From Deltaproteobacteria bacterium (GTDB lineage: Bacteria > Myxococcota_A > Polyangia > Haliangiales > SHYZ01), in contig JACQUZ010000088.1 in NCBI GenBank assembly GCA_016210055.1, forward strand, positions 6,446-70,445: a stretch of 64,000 nucleotides of DNA. Direction: 5' to 3'. Every line of letters begins with the position of its first letter. Position 1 is the stretch's first letter. A model generated the notes under the pieces. The model did not search any database. It saw nothing but the letters and a program-made list of their open reading frames with translations, and had not been told where the DNA came from. This document shows positions 1-9,529 of the stretch, piece by piece. A program made the position numbers and the translations under genes.

Positions 1-494
1 ACGCCCTTGCACGAGAGCCCGGAGCCTTCGACGCACACGAGCCCGCCCTGGATATCCCCTCCCTGACCCACGTACGTGGTGGTGCCGTAATAGTCGTCGA
101 CGACGGGGCGCCCGGGGCTACCGCTGTTCGTGTCGTAGTAAGGGAAACAGCCGGGTTGTTCGAAGGAGCGGCGCCAGCAGATCTTGTCTGGCTCCTTCTC
201 GTCGCAAAAAAGCGGAGGAACCAGGTTGGGAGAAAAGAGCTCGACCGGGGTTCCAAGGCTCGTCACGTTCACCGGCACCCTCGGCGCCCCTTTCTCGATC
301 CACCATTCGATGGTCGTCCCGACTTTGACGGTCACGCAGGCGGGCGAGAACTCGAGGGTCTTGGAGATCTTGACGTCGGTGTCGCGGGGCCGGTCACTCG
401 AGAACTGGACCGCAGGATCGTCCCGGTGCGAGCGACCGCAAGATAGAATACCGAGGACGAGGATCGCACCTAGCCGAGTGGTGCTCGTGGTCAT
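1..494 (-). CDS. Cys-rich lipoprotein with cupredoxin/plastocyanin-like N-terminal domain (3' end outside window)
   Basis: Not in the ORF track because it runs off the edge. Hand translation from ATG 494 (ATGA overlap with upstream stop): MTTSTTRLGAILVLGILSC (lipobox)...LEFSPACVTVKVGTTIEWW...SFEQPGCFPYYDT; open to position 1. Confidence 0.7.
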   Translation of the reverse strand, partial: MTTSTTRLGAILVLGILSCGRSHRDDPAVQFSSDRPRDTDVKISKTLEFSPACVTVKVGTTIEWWIEKGAPRVPVNVTSLGTPVELFSPNLVPPLFCDEKEPDKICWRRSFEQPGCFPYYDTNSGSPGRPVVDDYYGTTTYVGQGGDIQGGLVCVEGSGLSCKG

Positions 495-1882
495 GGCTGC
501 AAGTCCGTCATGGTCATCGGGCTCCTTGCGCGTGCTGCGTAGACGGTCGTTTGGCCAAAGTGGTGGAGGGGGACGAGGGAGAGCTCTGGAATATCGAGGT
601 GTGGGACTTCGGACGTCACCACCACGGTCAGGTGATCTCCGAAGTCCCTAGCGATTCGGGCCACATCGGCACCTGATTGGACCCGCCCGACCCGCAAGAG
701 CGGCGCATGCCACGCGGCGATTCGGGGCACGTGGGTACCGAGCAGGAGAACCCTTTCGTGGCCGAGCGAGCGTGCCGTCCAGGTCACGGCCTCCACCTTG
801 TCCGAGGGACGACGGGCGTCGGAGAGGGTTTCTGTGAGTGAGAAGATGAGCGGCAATGCGGCAACAGCGACCACTGGCCGCGAGAACGAGGGCCTCATTC
901 TTGTGAAGCACGTTCCTAGCCCCAGACAAGCCACCAGCGCCAAGGGAGCCGCATGGCGCTCGTGCTCTGCGTTTTGGGCCAGGGCGGCCCAAAGAAGCAG
1001 CGGCAGTGAGGCGAGCGCTGGGATCAGTACCTGGCGGTAGTTCTGACGCTTGCTCAGCGCAGCTATCCCGGCCGCAAGCACGAGCGGAAATACCCCGGCC
1101 AAGGCGTGTCCGAGAACCTTTCCGATCCGCATGACGATCGCAAGCGGCCCGAGATCAAGCGCGACTCCCCCCCAGCTGGTGAAGTGCCCTTCCGTGTGCA
1201 GGGCGTTCAGCGCGAGGAGTTTCGTTGGCCCCACGTAAAGGGCAAAGGGTACGATCCAAGTAGCGATCCCGAGGACCAGCCCTGCGATGGAGCGCCGCCA
1301 CTCGCGACGGCAGCCCGGTTCCATTGTGATGAGCAACGTCCACGCCACGGCGAGCGGGATGTTTGATGGACGCACGCCGAGCGAAACGCCGAGGAGGGCA
1401 CTCGCCGACGGAATTCGCCAAGCGCCCGCACTGCCGGCGCCCAGGACAACCGCGAGCGCGCAACCAGCGAGGGCTAGCGCGAGACCGTCCGAGCCAGGTG
1501 CCCCACCGACCTGGACCAAGAGCGGGTGCGCCGCGATGCCGAGGCCTGACACGATTGCTCCCCAAGACCCGAGGAGAGGCCATAGTGCCCGCATGAGCAT
1601 GGCAATCATGACCGCAGACGCAGTGATTCCTGGCAAGGCCAGGGCCAGCGCCGGGTCATCAGTGAGCCACCCGGTGGCTCGCGCAGCGAGGACGAACAGT
1701 GGATATCCCGGTGGGTGGGGCTGGTGAAGGGAAAGGTCGAACCGCTCCAGCGCGAGCGCGAAGTTCACTTCGTCTGTGCTTGCAAGGGCGCTTGGAACGG
1801 CAGCTGCGCGCAGTGAAGCGCCGAGCGCTGCAATTGCCGCGGGGAACGACCATCTCAAGTGTCTCGAGGGTGGCGAATCCAT
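491..1882 (-). CDS. Polytopic membrane protein, GT-C fold glycosyltransferase-like (PMT/DUF2723-like)
   Basis: Many hydrophobic helices; first-loop acidic motif TDEVNFALAL followed by PHPPGYPLF; LGVRPS. Confidence 0.65.
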   Translation of the reverse strand: MDSPPSRHLRWSFPAAIAALGASLRAAAVPSALASTDEVNFALALERFDLSLHQPHPPGYPLFVLAARATGWLTDDPALALALPGITASAVMIAMLMRALWPLLGSWGAIVSGLGIAAHPLLVQVGGAPGSDGLALALAGCALAVVLGAGSAGAWRIPSASALLGVSLGVRPSNIPLAVAWTLLITMEPGCRREWRRSIAGLVLGIATWIVPFALYVGPTKLLALNALHTEGHFTSWGGVALDLGPLAIVMRIGKVLGHALAGVFPLVLAAGIAALSKRQNYRQVLIPALASLPLLLWAALAQNAEHERHAAPLALVACLGLGTCFTRMRPSFSRPVVAVAALPLIFSLTETLSDARRPSDKVEAVTWTARSLGHERVLLLGTHVPRIAAWHAPLLRVGRVQSGADVARIARDFGDHLTVVVTSEVPHLDIPELSLVPLHHFGQTTVYAARARSPMTMTDLQP

Positions 1883-1894
1883 CAGGCCTGCTCT

Positions 1895-2527
1895 TCACCG
1901 CGCCTGTGTGGCCGAAGCTGGGGGTACGGCATGATTGGCGGGCGTTCCTGTGGCCTTGCCGGCGGTCGCAGGGCTTGCCATGCACTCGTCAAACAACACG
2001 ACTGCGCGCCTAACCCCTATCGCCATTGAGTTGGAGGAAATCGTGGCCCCGCTAATCGCCACCACGTCTTGATTCAGGCGAACCTTGTCGCTGCCGGTCT
2101 TGCCGGTGAACTGCTTTCGAAAGCGGGCATCCCGTATCTCATCTCCGCGTGACTCGCGGTACACCATGATGGCGAGATCCTGGACCTTGCCAGTCCAATC
2201 CAGCTTGACCGCGTACGTGATGGGGAGGTGCTGCCCCAGCTCGTCGTCAACAAAGGCGTATCCATCGACTTGCCCCGCGGTCTTAGCCACGTAGAACGTG
2301 TAGGTCGGCTTGCTGGGCAGGTATCCGAGTCGCTGCTTGATGCGCGCGAGTCGGCGCGGATCGGGCGTAACCTTGACGAACGTAACCTTTTCGCTCTTAG
2401 GGAAGAATTCGGCCAGGACTTGCCGTGGGGTGAAATAGATCTGGTCGGCCCGGGCCCACGGCTGGAACCCTAACAATACGGCCAGGGTGGCGGCCGCAGC
2501 GGCTCCAAAATTGAAAATCAAATTCAT
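1895..2527 (-). CDS. Exported FMN-binding domain protein (flavinylation substrate)
   Basis: Signal peptide ending ARA; flavinylation motif ISGATISS; YRESRGDEI and FRKQFTGK segments typical of the FMN_bind family. Confidence 0.85.
   Translation of the reverse strand: MNLIFNFGAAAAATLAVLLGFQPWARADQIYFTPRQVLAEFFPKSEKVTFVKVTPDPRRLARIKQRLGYLPSKPTYTFYVAKTAGQVDGYAFVDDELGQHLPITYAVKLDWTGKVQDLAIMVYRESRGDEIRDARFRKQFTGKTGSDKVRLNQDVVAISGATISSNSMAIGVRRAVVLFDECMASPATAGKATGTPANHAVPPASATQAR
2511..2527. promoter_or_regulatory. Fur-box-like palindrome overlapping the start codon of the FMN-binding gene
   Basis: TTGAAAATCAAATTCAT, an AT-rich near-palindrome resembling TGAAAATnATTTTCA within GC-rich DNA. Confidence 0.6.
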
Positions 2528-2539
2528 CTTTGCCTTCTA

Positions 2540-2569
2540 CAAATAGCGGCTTTGCAGGCCTCCTGTCAA
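2540..2569 (-). promoter_or_regulatory. sigma70-type promoter of the FMN-binding operon
   Basis: TTGACA-N18-TATTTG on the minus strand, 12 nt before ATG 2527. Confidence 0.5.
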
Positions 2570-2637
2570 GAGGCGTACTCCCGAAACCGCGACTTCCGGT
2601 TCCACCGCGGGGTTCCGCACGATTGGGAAGGGTCCTG

Positions 2638-3231
2638 TCAGCGCCCCGATGCCCGCGCGCGCAGGACGACTTCGGCGTGTAGCCGCTCGAGCGGCTCCGA
2701 GAGGACCTTTCCCTCCAGCAATTCCACGGCATGAGCGATTGCTTCCAAGGTGGACATCTCTTCGGGACGTGATCCCGTGCGCATGCGCATGGTACCCGGG
2801 AGAGGGGGTGGCAAGGAAAGCCTAGGCATCCCCCGCAGGATGGTGATTCGTTGCGTCATGCGCCGTGCCTGTTGCCAGGTGGCATCCAAGACGACTATCT
2901 CAGCAGGCGGATCGACTCGGGGCAACGCGGCGCTACCACCAGGATAGAGGAGCCACGCGTGTCGACCGCTGAGCAGATCCTCGGAAAATCGATGGCCATC
3001 GCGGCCGTAGTCCAGAAGCTCCGAATTCGTGAGGGCGAGGGCAGCGAGCCGCCCCGTGTTGCTCGTTTTCCATGTCTCGGCTGCGTGCCTCACGATGACG
3101 AATCGGGTGCGAGTGGTCACCGCCGGGATCAGGGAGCAGGCGCAAAGGCGCAACTGCAGGAAACAGCGAGCGCATCGTCCGGGCTGAGGCCCTCTCTTTT
3201 CAGGTAAGAGAGCGGGATCGGGCGACATCAC
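2638..3231 (-). CDS. DTW-domain protein (tRNA-uridine aminocarboxypropyltransferase, TapT-like)
   Basis: CxxC...CxC, SNTGRL, LLYPG, LDATWQQA (DxTW), STLEA. Confidence 0.9.
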   Translation of the reverse strand: MMSPDPALLPEKRGPQPGRCARCFLQLRLCACSLIPAVTTRTRFVIVRHAAETWKTSNTGRLAALALTNSELLDYGRDGHRFSEDLLSGRHAWLLYPGGSAALPRVDPPAEIVVLDATWQQARRMTQRITILRGMPRLSLPPPLPGTMRMRTGSRPEEMSTLEAIAHAVELLEGKVLSEPLERLHAEVVLRARASGR

Positions 3232-4247
3232 CAGCGGGAACGGTGATCTTCAGTTACACCGACCAGTCCGTCTACCTTCGCGGAGGTAGTGCCGTCGCCG
3301 CGGATGGTCCCCCAGAAGGTGCCGATGGGCTGCACGTACCTGCTCGACGCCAAGACCAAGTTGACGTCCTGGCGTCTCGCCCCCTCTGGCCGGAATTCCA
3401 GGTCGACCTTGCCGTCGTCGGTACGGATGAGCCACGGGCTGCCCGGCCGCGTGGGATCGTGGCTGATGGTGGCCGCGCCCACAGGAGACAAGTGCCCGCC
3501 AATCCAGACGACGTTCTCCACCGGGCCGTTGAACCCCTCGACGAGGTTGAGTCCAATTCCGGGGGCACTAAGCGAAGCCCACTTCCAAGAGGTCTCCCGT
3601 GCCAGGAGACCCCGGGTGTGGTCGAGCATCGCCGTGTGGCCCGCGAGGTCAATCGTGATCCCGGAGACGCGTATCTCACCGGTCGCCGGCAAGCACACCG
3701 TCTTGTGGGTGCAGTTCGCGGCACCGCCTGGGATTGGAGCCACGGCGCAGAGGGTCGGTGGCGCAGATGCCGCATCGAGCCAAGCGTTCAAGTGTAGCCC
3801 CTGGGCGTGGCCGGAGACGTGCCACGAATCGGAGTGTGACGCTCGCTCGAGGGTGAAGGATGCGCCAGGCATCCTGAACGATGACCGAGCCAAGGCTCCC
3901 GCCCGGTCGGAAACCCGCGAAGCAAGGACCGGCGGGCCCATGAACTGGGCGTCGATCAGGAATCGCTTCTCTTGCCGATCGAACACGTACACGAAGCAGC
4001 TTGCGAGCCAGCCCAAGTCAATGATGGCGAGGGCGGCCAGGTGTCGCTGGCCAGCGATGGACACGAAGTGCCAGCCTTTCTGGTGAAGGGCTGTCCACAA
4101 CTTCCCTTTGGGCGACGGAGCCCGGAGCCCTTGCCAGCTGACGCGGGAAATCTCCCCGGCATAGGCGCCGAAGGCGGGATGGCCCTGGGCATCCAGAAGA
4201 GAGGATGGCGGAGGTGGGAGAGACGATGCGATGGCGATCACGGCCAA
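3228..4247 (-). CDS. DUF2804 family protein
   Basis: LDHTRG..RETSWKWAS, GLNL..G, ENVVW, SRYVQPIGTF.G, GVTEDHRSRW C-terminus; 4-nt overlap with the DTW gene. Confidence 0.8.
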   Translation of the reverse strand: MAVIAIASSLPPPPSSLLDAQGHPAFGAYAGEISRVSWQGLRAPSPKGKLWTALHQKGWHFVSIAGQRHLAALAIIDLGWLASCFVYVFDRQEKRFLIDAQFMGPPVLASRVSDRAGALARSSFRMPGASFTLERASHSDSWHVSGHAQGLHLNAWLDAASAPPTLCAVAPIPGGAANCTHKTVCLPATGEIRVSGITIDLAGHTAMLDHTRGLLARETSWKWASLSAPGIGLNLVEGFNGPVENVVWIGGHLSPVGAATISHDPTRPGSPWLIRTDDGKVDLEFRPEGARRQDVNLVLASSRYVQPIGTFWGTIRGDGTTSAKVDGLVGVTEDHRSRW

Positions 4248-4299
4248 TAGCTAATCCGACCCTGGCATTTCTGGCAAGCACGAGCGTGGCGCGGCTGTC

Positions 4300-5133
4300 T
4301 CACTTGCAGGCGAGCCCTGGCGGTGGCGCTGGAAGCGCTTTCACTTCGGTTGGGGGGGCGACTTGCGCTGCCTCGCTCGCCCGCTCATCCAGCCCAGGAT
4401 GCGTGGCGAGGAAGCTCGCGATTCCTGCGGCATCTCCATGCTTGTCTTTGAGTCGCCGGAAGAACGTGGCCATGCCCCCTGGATGGATCCCTGCCTTGAC
4501 GAGGAGCTCGAGCCCGTGCCGGTCCGCTTCCCGCTCCTGGTCACGATCGTAGGCCAAGCTGGTCAACTCGGCTGAGTAGCTCACCAGGGTATCGAGCTCG
4601 GCCCATCCCAAGACGAGACCCAAGACGACCGATCCTCCGGCCTGCCGGAGGATCCGCGCCGTCCCATGGCGAAGCGTCACGTGGTGGAGCTCGTGGGCGA
4701 GCACCGCCGCGATTTCTTCGCCACTCCCCGCGGCCTTGAGAAGCCCCATGTGCACGGCGACGAAACCGCCAGGGAGCGCGAACGCGTTGATCTCGGGGCG
4801 ATCCACGACGACGAACGTAAACTCGAACTCCCGCACGGGAAGCGCTGCGATGAGGGGCTTGGCGAGCGCCTCCACGTACGCTTTCGCATCCTGGCTTGTG
4901 CAGCGAAGATTGGTCGGGGCGAGGAGGGGAAACGAGGCTTCCCCCAGCTTCCGATCAACGGTGGGCGGGACAAAACGCACCAGCTTTCCAGCGGCTTCCT
5001 TGGCAAGCCAGAGAGCTCCGAGCACGAGGCCAAGGAGGCCACCTAGCAGGATGATGACTTCCATGACGATGCGCTTGCGCGAGTGACCGAATCCTCGTGA
5101 CTCTTCTTGCACGTTCGACTCCGATTGCTTCAT
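4300..5133 (-). CDS. M48 family Zn metallopeptidase
   Basis: INAFALPGG, AVLAHELHH (HExxH), YDRDQEREAD, FLATHP; N-terminal TM. Start moved to ATG 5133 to avoid overlap with the divergent gene. Confidence 0.9.
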   Translation of the reverse strand: MKQSESNVQEESRGFGHSRKRIVMEVIILLGGLLGLVLGALWLAKEAAGKLVRFVPPTVDRKLGEASFPLLAPTNLRCTSQDAKAYVEALAKPLIAALPVREFEFTFVVVDRPEINAFALPGGFVAVHMGLLKAAGSGEEIAAVLAHELHHVTLRHGTARILRQAGGSVVLGLVLGWAELDTLVSYSAELTSLAYDRDQEREADRHGLELLVKAGIHPGGMATFFRRLKDKHGDAAGIASFLATHPGLDERASEAAQVAPPTEVKALPAPPPGLACK

Positions 5134-5163
5134 TGTTTGTGCCACAAGGATGCGGGGTACACC

Positions 5164-5859
5164 ATGAGACATTCGATCGAGCATGGACCGTCGTTCGCCT
5201 GGCTGAGGGTCACCCTCGAGCCAGGGGAGACTGTTTTTGCCGAAGCGGGTTCAATGGTCGCGCGCACGCCCGAGGTGGCGATGACGACACGACTCAACGC
5301 GGGACTCAGGGTAGGCTTTTTTAGCAAGGTGCTGGCGTTCTTTGTTGCGCTCCTGCGCAAGGTTTTCGGCGGCGAGACGATGTTCGTCAATGAGTTCGGA
5401 GGGCCGTCAGGCGGCCAAGTGGTCTTGGCCCCACAGGTCTCTGGGAACGTCGTTCATGAGCAGCTGGAAGCGGGGAAAAAGCTATTCGTCCAGGCTCAGA
5501 GCTACCTGGCCTCGACCGGCGACGTGGAGGCCAAGGTCCGTTGGGGAGGGCTACGGACGCTGTTCGGCGGCGAGGGGCTCTTCCTTCTCGAATGCGCCGG
5601 GTCGGGCGACCTGTTCATCACCGCGTACGGTGGAATCCACCCGATTTCCGTCGACGGAAGCTTCGTGGTGGACTCGGGGCACGTGGTGGCATTCGACGGG
5701 ACCCTCGACTTCCGGGTCCGAAGCGCTGGCGGGCTCAAGTCCTTCTTCTTTTCGGGAGAGGGGCTTGTCTGCGAGTTCAAGGGGCACGGCCGGGTTTTTG
5801 TCCAGTCAAGGAACATCAAAGCGCTGGTCGGCTGGATTTCACCACTCCTTAGGAGCTAG
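5164..5859 (+). CDS. TIGR00266/AIM24 family protein (copy 1)
   Basis: AEAGSMV, GGETMFVN, GGEGLF, AYGGI, VDSGHVVAF, SGEGLV, QSRN. Confidence 0.9.
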   Translation: MRHSIEHGPSFAWLRVTLEPGETVFAEAGSMVARTPEVAMTTRLNAGLRVGFFSKVLAFFVALLRKVFGGETMFVNEFGGPSGGQVVLAPQVSGNVVHEQLEAGKKLFVQAQSYLASTGDVEAKVRWGGLRTLFGGEGLFLLECAGSGDLFITAYGGIHPISVDGSFVVDSGHVVAFDGTLDFRVRSAGGLKSFFFSGEGLVCEFKGHGRVFVQSRNIKALVGWISPLLRS

Positions 5860-5861
5860 GA

Positions 5862-6554
5862 ATGCGCTTTGACATTCACTATCGACCCGCTCATGCACTG
5901 GCGATCGCGAAGCTCGCTGCCGGCGAGCACGTGCGTGCCGAGTCTGGCGCCATGGTCAGCATGAGCTCGAACATCGAGGTACAGACAGATGGCCCCATGG
6001 GACGTGCGGGCGGCGGCCTTTGGAAGAAACTCAAGCGTGCGGTGCTTTCGGGCGAGACCTTCTTCACCAACCATTACTTAGCCCGCGGGGGACCTGGCGA
6101 GGTGACGCTCGCTCCGAGTCTTTGCGGAGACATGGTCGTGCACGAGCTTTCTCGTGGCGAGGACCTTCTCATTCAGGGGTCGAGCTACATGGCCGCGCCC
6201 GACACCGTAGACATCGACACGCAATTCCAGGGGTTCCGAGGCTTGTTCAGCGGGGAAAACCTGTTCTTCTTGCGCGCGACCGGGCAGGGCCCGGTGCTCA
6301 TGAACGCCTTTGGTGCCATAGAAACCGTCGACCTCTCGGGTGAGCTTATCGTCGACACGGGTCACCTGGTGGCGCTCACCTCTGGCCTGCATTATGAGAT
6401 TGGAACGGCCACGAGTGGCTGGATTGCAAGCTTTCTCTCGGGAGAGGGGCTGGTGCTTCGGGTGCGCGGGCAGGGGCGCTTGTACCTGCAGACCCGGAAT
6501 CCGACGGAGTATGGCCGCCACGTCGGCCGCCTCTTGCCGCCAAGGGAGCAATAA
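5862..6554 (+). CDS. TIGR00266/AIM24 family protein (copy 2)
   Basis: AESGAMV, SGETFF.N, VDTGHLVA, SGEGLV, LQTRN. Confidence 0.9.
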   Translation: MRFDIHYRPAHALAIAKLAAGEHVRAESGAMVSMSSNIEVQTDGPMGRAGGGLWKKLKRAVLSGETFFTNHYLARGGPGEVTLAPSLCGDMVVHELSRGEDLLIQGSSYMAAPDTVDIDTQFQGFRGLFSGENLFFLRATGQGPVLMNAFGAIETVDLSGELIVDTGHLVALTSGLHYEIGTATSGWIASFLSGEGLVLRVRGQGRLYLQTRNPTEYGRHVGRLLPPREQ

Positions 6555-7246
6555 TGAAACACCAAGTATTGGACTCGCCCGATTTCGGGCTGCTCAAGAC
6601 TACCTTTGAGGCGCCGGGCGAGCGCCTGGTCTCCGAGGCTGGCGCGATGGTCGCCATGAGCTCGGGACTGAAGATGGACACGAACATGCGAGGGGGGCTT
6701 CTCGCCGCCGCAAAGCGGAAGCTGCTCGGAGGCGAAAGCATGTTCCAGAACACGTATGTCGCGACGGCGGCAGGGCAGGAAGTTTGGCTCGCGCCGGCGC
6801 CCGAAGGGGACATCCGCCACCGGCGGCTAGGCGTGGGCGAAACCCTGTTCTTGCAGAGCGGGGCGTATGTCGCCCACTTTGGCGACAAGCTGCAACTCGA
6901 CACCAAGTGGGGAGGCGTTCGATCGTTTTTCGGTGGGATCGGTTTTTTCCTCCTGCGCGTGGTCGGACCGGGGGATCTCTTCTTCTATAGCTATGGAGCC
7001 ATCCACGAGGTCGACGTGGGAGGGGGCGGCTACGCGTGCGATACGGGCCACGTGGTCGCGTTTACCGACGGACTCGAGTACGAGATACACAAGTTCGGCG
7101 GTTTCAAGGGACTCTTCTTCAGCGGAGAGGGGTTGATCTGCCGGTTCCGCGGAGAAGGGAAGCTGTTCCTTCAGACCCGCAACGCACCTAGCCTGGCTGC
7201 CTTCTTGGAGCCGTTTCGCCCAGTGAAGACGTCGTCGAGCGATTAG
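6554..7246 (+). CDS. TIGR00266/AIM24 family protein (copy 3)
   Basis: SEAGAMV, GGESMFQN, SYGAI, DTGHVVAF, SGEGLI, LQTRN; TAATG coupling. Confidence 0.9.
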   Translation: MKHQVLDSPDFGLLKTTFEAPGERLVSEAGAMVAMSSGLKMDTNMRGGLLAAAKRKLLGGESMFQNTYVATAAGQEVWLAPAPEGDIRHRRLGVGETLFLQSGAYVAHFGDKLQLDTKWGGVRSFFGGIGFFLLRVVGPGDLFFYSYGAIHEVDVGGGGYACDTGHVVAFTDGLEYEIHKFGGFKGLFFSGEGLICRFRGEGKLFLQTRNAPSLAAFLEPFRPVKTSSSD

Positions 7247-8831
7247 ACACGGACCCAAGGAATAGGGTCATCCCGAAAAGCGTGCTGGCACACATGACAA
7301 CGAGTAGGACCACGCCTATTCCCCAGAGGCGTGGGTAATCTCCGATCCACAAGAGGCCCCACCAGTCTAGGCGTGCCCTCGCATAGGGCTCTTCAATATC
7401 CAGCTCAAGCGTCGTGTACCGGCGCCAAGGCGCATCCTTTTCCGCCTCCTTCCAGTCGTGGCCGAAGGGTACGTGACGGAGAAGCCATGCGTGCCCTTCA
7501 ATAGGGGAGAATGCGGGAAGCCATTGGTGCCCGTGCATGTCCTCAAAGCACGAATCGCAGTGGCCGCGGTCCCGCTCGGGAACGGCTGCGCCCGCGCGGT
7601 TGGGTTGTCCGAGCCATTCGGTTCGTGCCTTCATTGCAATGCGGATGTAATGGTCCCAATAAAAAGCATTGCCGAGGGCTTGAACGAGTAGACCGGCGGC
7701 AGCTAGTGCGCCGAGAGCCAACCAAGCCACGCGCCGTGCGTTCCGCTGCTCTGCGAGCGATTCCAACCAGGGCGCGATGGGCACGAGCAGGACCGGAACC
7801 ACCGCGGTGAGGTAGCGAGGTCCATAGCAGTAGTCACCGCTCCAGCTTAGGAATCGAGAGTAGAAGAGGACCACCGGTAGTACGGTCAAGGTGAGACAAG
7901 CCGCTACGAGCGGGCGTTTTCTGATGAGCGTAGGGAGCGCGAAGATCCCGAGAACAAGTGGCGGGCTGTAGAGAAACAAGCTTTTTCCGGGCGAGAACAG
8001 GAGCCCCCACAGCCCAGCCCACGTGCGCTCGTCCATCTGCCTGAGAGTGTCCTCATATCCCGAGCTAAACGGTGAGCCCCAGCGAGCATGGTTGTACAGC
8101 GCAGCCAGGAGGAGGAGTGGGAGGAACGTCACCATGGCGGCCGCCGAAACCCGAAGAAGTGCCTCGCGACGCCGCCACAGCGCGACCATGAGGAAGACGC
8201 CGCCACCTGCGAGAGAGAGCGCATAAATGAGCTTGGCGTGGAGGAGCGCACCTCCCCACGCCCCGAGTGCTAGCGCTCGCCTTCGATCCGGCCCTTCGGT
8301 GACGCGTTGCAGCTCGGCAATGAAGCCGGTAAAGCAGGCAGCTTGAAGGATTTCGGAGAATGGGTAACGGGCGTAGACGAAAATCGCGGTGGAGAATCCC
8401 AAAACGAGGGCAGAGATCATCGCCACTCGAACCGACGCTCCGAGACGGCGGCACATGCCGAAAAAAAGGACACAGGTTAGGCCGCCGAGTAGGGCCGAGG
8501 CGATGTGGCTCGTCAGGATCAAGGTGAATTCCTTGGCGGCCGGAGCGAGGGCGCTCACCCCATTGCGAAGGAGGATCCCCGGAATGCTCACCAGCGACGG
8601 TCCAAGGCTGTACTGCGAGTAGATCTTGCCATCCGCGCCCTTGTGGCTCATGGGCGGCCACTCGGTAGAGATGTCGATGGCCCCACGGGTTACCATGCGC
8701 TCTGCCACCTCATACATGAGGCGGGCGTCACCCCAGGGGCGCTCGCGGCTACCAAAGAGGAAGTACACCGAGACCGTGAGCACGAAGATGGCGAGACCTG
8801 GCTTGCGTGTCGCGCCCATGAGTGGAGTCAT
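7188..8831 (-). CDS. Polytopic membrane protein, GT-C fold glycosyltransferase-like
   Basis: About 12 TM helices; WGDARLMY loop, YSQYSLGPSL, FSEIL, YNHARWGSPFSSGY, GLLFSPGKSLFLYSP, YGPRYL. Confidence 0.75.
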   Translation of the reverse strand: MTPLMGATRKPGLAIFVLTVSVYFLFGSRERPWGDARLMYEVAERMVTRGAIDISTEWPPMSHKGADGKIYSQYSLGPSLVSIPGILLRNGVSALAPAAKEFTLILTSHIASALLGGLTCVLFFGMCRRLGASVRVAMISALVLGFSTAIFVYARYPFSEILQAACFTGFIAELQRVTEGPDRRRALALGAWGGALLHAKLIYALSLAGGGVFLMVALWRRREALLRVSAAAMVTFLPLLLLAALYNHARWGSPFSSGYEDTLRQMDERTWAGLWGLLFSPGKSLFLYSPPLVLGIFALPTLIRKRPLVAACLTLTVLPVVLFYSRFLSWSGDYCYGPRYLTAVVPVLLVPIAPWLESLAEQRNARRVAWLALGALAAAGLLVQALGNAFYWDHYIRIAMKARTEWLGQPNRAGAAVPERDRGHCDSCFEDMHGHQWLPAFSPIEGHAWLLRHVPFGHDWKEAEKDAPWRRYTTLELDIEEPYARARLDWWGLLWIGDYPRLWGIGVVLLVVMCASTLFGMTLFLGSVSNRSTTSSLGETAPRRQPG

Positions 8832-8883
8832 CGGGGGAAGATTGCCCGTGGAGGGCGCTCGAGCGCAACAGATCGACTACGTT

Positions 8884-9482
8884 CTACCGGAAATGGCACG
8901 TGGGCCGAATGACCTGCATGCACGTGTCGGCCCCTGCAACTGTGTTGGTCGTGACACGCACGGTTCCGGCCGGGGAGCCAAGGCACAGGGGGCTTTCGTA
9001 GGTGCATCGCTCCGCGGCCCGCATGCAGTCGGGATCCATGTCGCATGCCCAGCCCGTTCCGCCTTGTCCAGAATTGCAAATGCCACACTGATCGGTCGTG
9101 CCCACGCGGTCCACGACCATCCTGTCGTAATACGGCTCCATGGGCTCGCGACAGTCGAGGGAAACAGTGCGCGAGCATTCCCCGTCGCTGCGCAGGCCGC
9201 TTGACGGAAGAAGGGACAGGGAATAGCTCGCCGCGCATTGGAATTGCTCCGGCTCGCACGCGGGCGTCCAAGTGGCCGCGTAGCGGATTCGTCGCTTCTT
9301 GAGCTCCAAAGCGGTGCCAACGGCTAGGTTCGTGTCTCAGCTTCGAGGCCAAGTGGTGACTGGATGGGCTGCGGGAAGTCTGGAGCACCACAGGCATCTG
9401 ACCAGTAGTTCCTCGCGTGGGCGGCGGCCGCCACTCCCATTAGTCCTATGGACGCCGCTACACTAATCAATCGTCGAATCAT
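8884..9482 (-). pseudogene. Probable frameshifted gene for a secreted Cys-rich protein
   Basis: AAAGGAGG RBS plus ATG 9482 gives signal peptide MIRRLISVAASIGLMGVAAAAHA, then TAG at 9324-9326. The Cys-rich frame ending at 8884 opens just after 9337, so one missing base near 9327-9336 would join them. Confidence 0.55.
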
Positions 9483-9529
9483 TGCCAGTACCTCCTTTAA
9501 TTGCTCGGGCGCAAGTCGATAAGGGCGCG

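Noticed and set aside
2570-2637. GC-rich stem-loops upstream of the FMN-binding gene as a riboswitch
   Set aside because: They lie upstream of the predicted -35, and I see no FMN or cobalamin riboswitch consensus
9324-9326. TAG readthrough (pyrrolysine) of the 9482 ORF
   Set aside because: The in-frame continuation (8877-9320) looks like a shadow frame, while the protein-like Cys-rich sequence is in another frame
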